Assembly (NCBI GenBank): GCA_964452145.1
Contig: CAYVLA010000099.1
Span: 1-12,075, forward strand
From: Candidatus Hadarchaeota archaeon
GTDB lineage: Archaea; CAYQAE01; CAYVLA01
DNA length: 12,075 bases
Direction: 5' to 3'
The notes below the pieces were generated by a model. It saw only the letters and a list, made by a program, of their open reading frames with translations, did no database searches and was not told the DNA's origin. Positions 1 through 7,074 of the stretch are shown in pieces. Each line of letters starts with the position of its first letter. Position 1 is the stretch's first letter. A program made the translations under genes and the position numbers.

Positions 1-512
1 ATGGTGTAGCGCGGGTCTTCATCGGGTCCCGGGTCGGGAAACTTCCGATGCGTTTCCGCAAAACCCACCGAAGCGAAGAAGGGTTGATGCGGCTCGGTCT
101 GGAAGTGCTTCGCCGCTGCAGGGGCAACCTCTGCAACCCGCTTGCCCCCCGCTTCCACTATTTCATCATAGCCTATGGTTTTGGGGTCCTTGGCGATGTG
201 CTGGATGCCGATCAGGGTCGAGTAGTATCCTGCCCTGCGAAGGGTGTGGATGATGTGTTGGCCGTAGTCTTTGAGCCTGAAGCCGCGGTGGGCTAGGCCC
301 AGCATTCCGCAGCTGTGGGCGGATTGGCCCGTCGCTAGGCAGGCCCTACTGGGGGAGCAGGTCGGAGCTGCGCAGAACGCTTGGCGGAACAGGACCCCCT
401 GCTCGGCGAGGCGTTGGAGGCTTGGCGTGGGCACCGCATGGCCGTATGGCTGGACATACCTCCCCGTGTCGTGCGAGTGTAGGTAGAGGATGTTGGGTCG
501 AGGGGCGGGCAT
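1..512 (-). CDS. Formylglycine-dependent (Cys-type) sulfatase, SGSH/N-sulfoglucosamine sulfohydrolase-like; 3' end runs off the window
   Basis: Manual translation of the minus strand from ATG 512 (alternative in-frame ATG at 524): MPAPRPNILYLHSHDTGRYVQPYGHAVPTPSLQRLAEQGVLFRQAFCAAPTCSPSRACLATGQSAHSCGMLGLAHRGF...LRRAGYYSTLIGIQH...QPFFASVGFAETHRKF. It has the RPNIL start, the CxPSR signature (345-359) and the PFF motif. The frame is open to the window edge, so it is absent from the ORF track. No signal peptide. Confidence 0.95.
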   Translation of the reverse strand, partial: MPAPRPNILYLHSHDTGRYVQPYGHAVPTPSLQRLAEQGVLFRQAFCAAPTCSPSRACLATGQSAHSCGMLGLAHRGFRLKDYGQHIIHTLRRAGYYSTLIGIQHIAKDPKTIGYDEIVEAGGKRVAEVAPAAAKHFQTEPHQPFFASVGFAETHRKFPDPGPDEDPRYT

Positions 513-593
513 GGCTATCTTCATCCCGTAGACAGCGTACTCATCCTGTATCGAGGGTTGAGGCCGTGCAGGCGAAACCACCGGATAGGGGAC

Positions 594-599
594 TTTAAA
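594..599. promoter_or_regulatory. Candidate archaeal TATA box (TTTAAA) in the divergent intergenic region
   Basis: Palindromic TTTAAA in GC-rich DNA, 70-80 nt upstream of the sulfatase start, flanked by short inverted arms TAGGG...CCCTA. Confidence 0.45.
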
Positions 600-700
600 C
601 TATTCCCTACAGGCCCACAGGCGGGGTCTGAGGCTGAGGTGAATGCGCAGAGCGCGAGCGTGGCCTGGCTCCTGGTGTCATGTGCTTGGATCGGCCACCT

Positions 701-734
701 AGACACTGGACACCGGACACCCATTATTTTATCA
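701..734 (+). promoter_or_regulatory. Three 7-bp direct repeats followed by an AT-rich TATA-like element upstream of CDS 769
   Basis: AGACACT-GGACACC-GGACACC (701-721), then CATTATTTTATCA (722-734), about 35 nt before ATG 769. Confidence 0.4.
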
Positions 735-768
735 ATGCAGGATTCCTAGGGAGTACGGTTCATCTGCC

Positions 769-1995
769 ATGTGGGCGAGATATGCCCTCTGCGCGTTGGC
801 AATTACCTGCGCCGGAATGCCTACCTGCCTCTGCCAAGCAAAGGTCGATCCGCAGACCGGGCAGATCCGTCTACTGTTCATGGGGGATGCCCTCATGCAG
901 GCCGGCTTCGTGACGCCGATCATGGCCCAGGATCCCATGATCAACATGAACCCTATACCGGTTGAATTCCTGACCGGGACCTACTCAAGTATCGAGGATG
1001 CTGCCAGGGGGCTCAGGGCGTACTTCCCCAGGGTGCAGAAGCAGATCGCGGACGGCTACGATGTGATCATAATCGCAGATGCCCGGGAGCCGTTCTTCCC
1101 ACCCAAGATCCAGAACTGGGTCAAGGAGGCGGTACTGGATAGCGGCCTGGGATTCCTCATGGCTGGCGGCCCCCAATCGTTCGGGGGTTATGAGGCCTGG
1201 GGGCATCCCAGTTGGGACGGCTCACCCGTGGCAGACATCCTGCCCGTCATATGCCTGAGGGATTGGAGCTACGAGTCCAGGATCTATCATCTGATTCCCG
1301 CCCCGGGATACGAGGATCACCCGCTGGTCAGAAACATACCTTGGAAGCCGATCCCTCTATTCTGCCGCAACAGGGTTCTGGCCAAGGAGGGATCGGAGGT
1401 GGTCGGCGTGGCAGACAACTATCCCCCGGGCAGTCCCATCCTCACCTACATGGATGTAGGAAAGGGAATGAGCGAGGCATTCGTCTTCGACTGGGGAGGC
1501 AACGGGCCCCAGGAGTTCCACAGGTGGTCCTACGCCCCGGTAGTTCTGAGCAACATGATCTACTACATAGCTCGGGTCGAGATACCCGAGGACACCGCCA
1601 TGTTCTTGCGCCTTAGGACCCAGATCGCCAAGTATCTCTCCCTCAGAACATACACACTCAGTGTGATGGACTTTGCGGAGAAGTTCGGTGCTAACATGTA
1701 CAAGTCAGAGAAGGCCCTGGCGGAGGCGGATGCCGATAGAAAGAAGGTCTTTTCCCTCTACATCGAGGGATACTACGATGAGAGCTTGGAGAGGCTGGAA
1801 AGCGCCTTGGAGACCCTGAATGAGGTCACCCGGCTGGCGATAGAGTCAAAGGACCAAGCCCTAGTCTGGGTCTACGTCATTGAATGGTTCACGGTCTCAG
1901 GCACCTCTATGGCAAGCGGCGTGGTCATATGGACCTTCATGGTTAGGCGGGCTGCCTACAGGGAGGTCGGCGTGACCAGATTCGATAATCGATGA
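769..1995 (+). CDS. Secreted, C-terminally membrane-anchored protein with class I glutamine amidotransferase-like (DUF1355-like) domain; paralog A
   Basis: 408 aa with a hydrophobic N-terminal signal. YDVIIIAD...GLGFLMAGGPQSFGG...W..SPVADILPV...HPL is typical of DUF1355/GATase1-like domains. It is followed by an amphipathic helical stalk, a TM segment and the tail RRAAYREVGVTR. Confidence 0.85.
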   Translation: MWARYALCALAITCAGMPTCLCQAKVDPQTGQIRLLFMGDALMQAGFVTPIMAQDPMINMNPIPVEFLTGTYSSIEDAARGLRAYFPRVQKQIADGYDVIIIADAREPFFPPKIQNWVKEAVLDSGLGFLMAGGPQSFGGYEAWGHPSWDGSPVADILPVICLRDWSYESRIYHLIPAPGYEDHPLVRNIPWKPIPLFCRNRVLAKEGSEVVGVADNYPPGSPILTYMDVGKGMSEAFVFDWGGNGPQEFHRWSYAPVVLSNMIYYIARVEIPEDTAMFLRLRTQIAKYLSLRTYTLSVMDFAEKFGANMYKSEKALAEADADRKKVFSLYIEGYYDESLERLESALETLNEVTRLAIESKDQALVWVYVIEWFTVSGTSMASGVVIWTFMVRRAAYREVGVTRFDNR

Positions 1996-2030
1996 GACCC
2001 AACCCTCGGCCTTCTCGGGTGAGAGAGACG

Positions 2031-2045
2031 CGTTCAGCCTGAACG
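2031..2045. terminator. Perfect inverted repeat between convergent genes (possible terminator or protein-binding site)
   Basis: CGTTCAG-C-CTGAACG lies in the 72-bp gap between stops at 1995 and 2068. No U-tract. Confidence 0.35.
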
Positions 2046-2067
2046 TTCCTTGAAGGGATTGGGAGAT

Positions 2068-3324
2068 TCACGCTTCCAGGCTCGATCCACGTGTGACGGT
2101 GACCTCCCGGTACAGCCTCCTCCTGATCATCAGGGCATAGAGGAGGTAGCCTGTGATCATGCAGGTGCCTGCAACGGCGGTCCACTCGATGATGTATACC
2201 CACATCAGGGCCTCGTCTTTCAGCTTCATTGCCATCGTCTCCATTTCTCCCAGGGCGCCGTGGGCGGCTTCGGACTGGTCCAGGGCGTCTGCATATAGGC
2301 CGTCGAGATAGAGGTTCTTGGCGTGGTCCATCATCGCGTCGATCTCCGCTTTTCTCTCGTTTGCCCTTCTCAGGTCGGCTCCAAAGCTTTCCACGAAGTC
2401 AAGAAACGAGGAGATCGTCGAGGTGCGCTTGGAGTACCTTTCAAAATCCTGTCTGATGGCGTTCACCATCACAATGTCTTGGGGGAGGCTTCTGCCCAGT
2501 GAATGCAGGACTACGTTCATCAATATGTCCAATCCGTACTTCTGCTGACTGGGATAGTAGGTGTCTCCCCACCAAGGGCAGTCGAGATCGTCCGCCACCG
2601 ACCATGTCGTGGCTTTTTCGTATTTCCATGATACCATCCAGGCCGGGGGTTCGGTGGAATAGGCGGGGTAGGCGCCTCTGGCTCTAGCCCATACCGTGGC
2701 ACCTTCTTGAGGCACTATCAACACGATCGTCCACCACCCGGGGACCTGTTCTATGCCGAGCGGTATGAACATTTGGAGAACTAGGGGTAGTTTTGGGTCG
2801 CGGTTGACTATCACTTTGTAGGGCTGGTTGCCGGTTGATTTGTGCTGTTCCCAGACTGGGTAGGCGTCCGGATCGTTTGGGAATATCGGGGCAAGGGCGG
2901 ACTGTATCCAGGGCCAGTTAACGTTGGTCCAGTCAATGGTGATGCCGCCCAGTGTCTGGAATGCGCCGGATCCCTGCTCCACCATTGCGAAACGCATGTT
3001 GTCTATCTGAGCGGGTGTTAAGGGTTCGAAGTAGGGATTGATGAACATGAAGAAGTCCTGGGCGGCCATCTCGTCGCGGTTCCGGGGAAGATAGATCCTT
3101 ACGAAGCGCTGGGCCTCCGCGAAACTCATGACTTGGTAGTACTTGGTCGGGACAAGCGAGTACGCCACCATGGGCTCGTAGTCAAACCAGATCGGGGCCG
3201 GGCAGTGCTCGGGGGTGACCTGCCCCACCAGAAGGACCCGTATCCGCTCTGCTCCCGTGCAGCTCTGAAGCAGTGCCACCAGGAAACATGTGATCAGACC
3301 CCAGGTCCAGCGTGATCTGTTCAT
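2068..3324 (-). CDS. Secreted, C-terminally membrane-anchored protein, diverged paralog B of 769..1995
   Basis: The real start is judged to be ATG 3324 (MNRSRWTWGLITCFLVALLQSCTGAE, a signal peptide; GGAGG 4 nt upstream; ATGA overlap with the upstream stop), giving 418 aa. It shares IRxLxxG, RxYxPR, GxG...GG, DFxExFGA and KDxALxWVYxIEW...RRxxYREVxVTR with paralog A. Confidence 0.88.
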   Translation of the reverse strand: MNRSRWTWGLITCFLVALLQSCTGAERIRVLLVGQVTPEHCPAPIWFDYEPMVAYSLVPTKYYQVMSFAEAQRFVRIYLPRNRDEMAAQDFFMFINPYFEPLTPAQIDNMRFAMVEQGSGAFQTLGGITIDWTNVNWPWIQSALAPIFPNDPDAYPVWEQHKSTGNQPYKVIVNRDPKLPLVLQMFIPLGIEQVPGWWTIVLIVPQEGATVWARARGAYPAYSTEPPAWMVSWKYEKATTWSVADDLDCPWWGDTYYPSQQKYGLDILMNVVLHSLGRSLPQDIVMVNAIRQDFERYSKRTSTISSFLDFVESFGADLRRANERKAEIDAMMDHAKNLYLDGLYADALDQSEAAHGALGEMETMAMKLKDEALMWVYIIEWTAVAGTCMITGYLLYALMIRRRLYREVTVTRGSSLEA

Positions 3325-5920
3325 GGGTCCTCCCAAGGTTGGCAGACAAATATATGCTGCGTACCGGACCGGTGTTTCAGGCGTCCCTGAGCACGGGGAT
3401 TCGTCCTCCGAAGCAGGCTGAAACAGACGAGAAATGGGACCGAGGCGATCAGCCACCTTTCGGGAACTGCGATCATCATGGAGCCCAGAAAGAAAGTCCC
3501 CGATCCAACGACGGCCAGATTCAGCGACTCCAGGCGTGATCCGAATCGCCAGCCTAGGTCCTGAACCGGTATCTCGAAGCTGGTCCAGGTCCCGGGCTCG
3601 AGGACGATTCCGGGAATCTTGGTGAGGGAGATCGACCCGGTGCTCCCCGATCCGCTCTTGCCTACAACGACGTCCCTGAGTGTTGCGTTCCCCGGGTTGA
3701 GCGAGATCTTCAGATAGCCGTACTTCCACAGCGTGATGTTCCAGGGATCGGGCGGCTGATACTTCAAGGTGCAGAGCCTGTCCAAGGTGACGCTCTGACA
3801 GACCCCGCTCGGCGCGCACTCTGGGAATGCCAGATCGACGTTCGCTCCAGAGGCATTGAGCGACCACCCCGGCCCCAGGCCGTCAAGGTAGATCACAAGA
3901 TCCTGCGTCGGCTCCTCAAATCCCGGCAGGTTGTCAAGTACGTAGAGATCGGGCCCTACCCCGAAGTAGATCCGTCCATCATGGTCCAGGGCCATGGTCC
4001 GACCCCCTCGATGGAGGGTCTCGAAGCCTATGGTTTCTCCTGGCTCGGCCTGGGGTTCGAACCGGAAGATGTAGCTTTGACTTATGCAGTATATGAGGCC
4101 ATCCGCTCCCTCCACCATGCGCCAGATCTCGCCGGGTGCTCCCTGTTTGTGGACGATCTGGCCTGATTCCCCATCAAAGATGAACAGCGTTGATCCAGCG
4201 CAGCCGTAGACTCTGCCATCGGGTGCCGTGACAAGGGATTTTATGTCGGTCGTGCCGCCAGTCCAGACGATGTCCACCGTCAACTTCTCCTGTCTCACGT
4301 CCCATGCAAAGAAGTGGGGATATCTCTCCACGGGCTGGGTTCCCTCACCACCGCTTATGCTGGTCCCGCCGTACACAGTGAAACCATCGGCCCCCGTTGT
4401 CAGGGAGACGATGCTTTGGTTTGACACGATGTTCCTGTACACGACCTTGCGATCGGTCGCCGGATCGTAGACGCAGAGGGCTCCCCCCATCTTGCCGTAA
4501 CTGGGTACGGTGCCGACGTAGATCTTACCGTCGGCTGCGGAGGTGATGGCAAGGGGCCGATTCTGTTCATGGCCGAAGGATCCTATGGTGCGGGGATTGG
4601 ACTCAGGCGAGGTGCCCGTGGACCACGGCTTGGTAGGATCGTAGACGGTGAGGTAGGCGTCCGAGTACGAGGCCATGTACAGTTTGCCGTCGCATGTGTG
4701 GAAGCTGTAGAACTCACCTCCCTGCCCCACAACCGGGAAGCCCATATCCTCAAGCACGCTCGTGTACGGATCATATCTGAAGAGCTTCAGGAGGCTGACG
4801 ACCCCACCGTAGATGCGCCCATCGGGGCCCGTTCCAAGGCTGAAGACATCCATTCCGTCGCCTTCATTGCTGATATCCACCTCGCTGAGGAGCTCGCCCG
4901 AGGTGAGGTTGTATGCCTGGAAAATCTGGCGACCGCCCGCCTTGTTGTAGGCGATGCCAGTCTGGCCGTCATAGGCCGAGTACTTCGGAGTGAAGTACGG
5001 CTCCAACTGGAGCGTGGTCCGGTTAAAGCGACAGTTGCCGCCCGGCAACCCGTGGATAATGATGGGTCCCCCTGAGATCTGGGTGTGTGTGCCGATGCCG
5101 CCTCCTGGGGGTGCCGTGACTTCCATGAGGATCTCCAAGGTATCTGCATCATAGATGAGAAGCACGATGCTGTCAACGCTCGCATAGGCCAGGTTTCCTT
5201 CGACGCTCACATCACAGAACGAACGGTCCTTATACCGGTCGGGCAAGATGCTCTTCTTCTCACCCGTCTGCCTGTCATACACGACAAGATCGGCGTGGGT
5301 GCCAATTCCGGCGAAGACCCTTCCGTTGTCAGCCACCCCAACGTCCGAGCAGTACTGCTCGGTGGGGTGCATGCGCCCTAGGCTGGTGATCGTGTCCCGG
5401 ACAGGATCGTAAAACACGACCTTGGCTCCCGGGAAAGTGCATCCGTATACGCAGCCGTCGGGGCCGAGCCGCATCTCGAAGACGTACTCCTCGCCGTCCG
5501 CGCTGCCATGATCGGCAACCGTTTTCGTGTAGGGATCAAAGCTGAATATTCTGGCAGGGTAGATCGTGCCCAGGTAGATCTTTCCGTCAAGGCCCTCACA
5601 TAAGCCATAGACCCCCTTCGTGCCTAACAGGGGAAGTACTCCACCCTGTCGGTCGCATAGTCGAAACGGATGAGCCGTGCCGTCCCCGAGCTGGTGAACA
5701 TGCCTGAGTAGAAGGTGGGCCTGCCTGTTACCGGGTCACGCACAAGCAGAGATCCTCTAATGGACATGGCCCTGATCGGTGTGCCGAGATTGGTAGCAAT
5801 CGGCGCGCACTGGACGAGGTCCAAGCATGCAACGAGCAGGACAGGGATCAGTCCGACCGCAAGCCTTCGCCCACTGACAACATACCGGAGGGCTTGGAGG
5901 CGGTTTGCCGCGGCTCCCAT
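3321..5920 (-). pseudogene. Large secreted beta-propeller (NHL/Vgb/two-component-propeller-like blades) + galactose-binding-like CBM domain + VPE/TM anchor; interrupted by a 1-nt frameshift near 5630-5633
   Basis: The 5' fragment (ATG 5920) has a signal peptide and first blade ending RLIRFDYATDRVEYFP, then C-TAG. The -1 frame continues LLGTKGVYGLCEGLDGKIYLGTIYPARIFSFDPYTKTVADHG...EYVFEMRLGPDG directly into the 717-aa ORF. Blades recur as (G/A)xDGx(I/V)YxG...YDP. The C-terminal domain has IYLDGLGPGW...WTSFEIPVQDL...TFFLGSM. The restored protein would be about 866 aa. This may be an assembly error rather than a true pseudogene. Confidence 0.85.
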
Positions 5921-5988
5921 GAAGGTGGGGTCGCGCTGATGCTGATATGTCTTGCCTGAGGGGCTGGGGTTGAGGGGGCGATCAGTGC

Positions 5989-5996
5989 GATATATC
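5989..5996 (+). promoter_or_regulatory. Candidate TATA box for a leaderless transcript of CDS 6022
   Basis: GATATATC ends 26 nt before ATG 6022 and there is no SD, which fits archaeal leaderless geometry. Confidence 0.5.
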
Positions 5997-6021
5997 AAGC
6001 AGCCGCCTGCCGGCTCGGCAC

Positions 6022-6966
6022 ATGCGCGAGACTAGGGGAGTCTGGATACATGATTCGACCTGCAGGACGGTGGGAGGGGCCAAGGTAGCCGATGTCTGCC
6101 ACGGATTGGGCCTGAACATGCTGCTCCCCAAGGTTCCCTGGCTTACCGGCCCCAAGGCCGATCCTGGCTACTGGAGAGAGGTCATGGATCCGATGATTCG
6201 CAGGGCCCACCAGCTGGATATGGAGGTCCACGCATGGATCTTCTTCTTGGACAGCGCAAGCATAGACGAGGATCAATCCCTGATGCAGGTGTTGGAATCG
6301 GGGAAGGTCGAGAAGCTGGGATGCCCGGCAAACCCCGAGACTGTGAAGAGGAATCTGGACAAGATAGGTCCCGTCTTGGAGGAGCATGATCTGGATGGGT
6401 TCAGCCTGGAGGACTGCTTCGTCTATCACAGGTGGCCGAAGGATCCGCTGATCTGCTTCTGTGACTACTGCAAGGATAGGGCTCCTTCGGAGCGCGAAGA
6501 GAGAATGCGGTGGAACAAGGAGCAGCTGACCAAGATGCTAGCTGCGATAGTGAAGGAATCAGGGAAGCACTCATCGCGCCTGAGGATCTCGGCGGCGGCG
6601 AGGGTACCTTACGAGTCCCACTCGCTCCCCATGTCGGCGGATTGGAGGGAGTGGTGCGAGATGGGGCTGCTGGACTTCTTAGCCCCGATGATCTACGAGC
6701 GATCCGAGGACAAACTAGAGGGGATCGCTGTTGAGACACTGGAACTTGTTGGAGCTAGCCGAGTGCCGGTGTACGTCGGTTTGGGTGCGTACATCCTGGA
6801 TCGGGAGCTGACGGGACACGACGTGCCTCAGCAGCTAGCCCGGCAGATCTCCATCGTGCGCCGGCTCAGTGCGCCCGGCCACATCCTGTATCACCTGGGG
6901 GCTCTCACCGTGGATCAGTCCGCCTGCATGGCTTCCGCCTATGGCCTGGGACAAGCCACCGCGTAA
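6022..6966 (+). CDS. Glycosyl hydrolase-like 10 family (GHL10/DUF187-type) TIM-barrel protein, cytoplasmic
   Basis: ETRGVWI, GLNMLLPKV, IRRAHQLDMEVHAW, CPANPETV, DLDGFSLED, CFCDYC and DWREWCEMGLLDFLAPMIY match the GHL10/YddW pattern. No signal peptide. Confidence 0.85.
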   Translation: MRETRGVWIHDSTCRTVGGAKVADVCHGLGLNMLLPKVPWLTGPKADPGYWREVMDPMIRRAHQLDMEVHAWIFFLDSASIDEDQSLMQVLESGKVEKLGCPANPETVKRNLDKIGPVLEEHDLDGFSLEDCFVYHRWPKDPLICFCDYCKDRAPSEREERMRWNKEQLTKMLAAIVKESGKHSSRLRISAAARVPYESHSLPMSADWREWCEMGLLDFLAPMIYERSEDKLEGIAVETLELVGASRVPVYVGLGAYILDRELTGHDVPQQLARQISIVRRLSAPGHILYHLGALTVDQSACMASAYGLGQATA

Positions 6967-7074
6967 GCCTGTTCGTCCAGACGGGAACCATGAAAGGGAA
7001 GTGGGCAGGGGATGTTGCCGCGGGGTGGCAAGGCGGGGAGGCCGGATCCAGGGCTGGGCGGATCCCGCATCTGT

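Noticed and set aside
48..486. Plus-strand ORFs 48..296 and 271..486
   Set aside because: Antisense shadows of the sulfatase.
3325..3867. 181-aa N-terminal extension of the 599-aa ORF 2068..3867
   Set aside because: It overlaps the real propeller/CBM gene in another frame and has Arg-rich shadow composition. The signal peptide, SD and paralog alignment all point to ATG 3324.
5378..5626. Pyrrolysine/amber read-through of TAG 5624
   Set aside because: The in-frame continuation is ARRGSMAYVRALTERSTW..., which is not propeller-like. The blade sequence continues in the -1 frame instead.
5921..5998. N-terminal extension of ORF 5624..5998 from TTG 5998
   Set aside because: It runs through the divergent promoter region including the TATA box of CDS 6022; ATG 5920 is nearer the signal peptide.
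7033..7068. Twin GGATCC palindromes / GC hairpin upstream of the phosphoesterase
   Set aside because: Short GC-rich complementarity expected by chance; no terminator or riboswitch features recognised.
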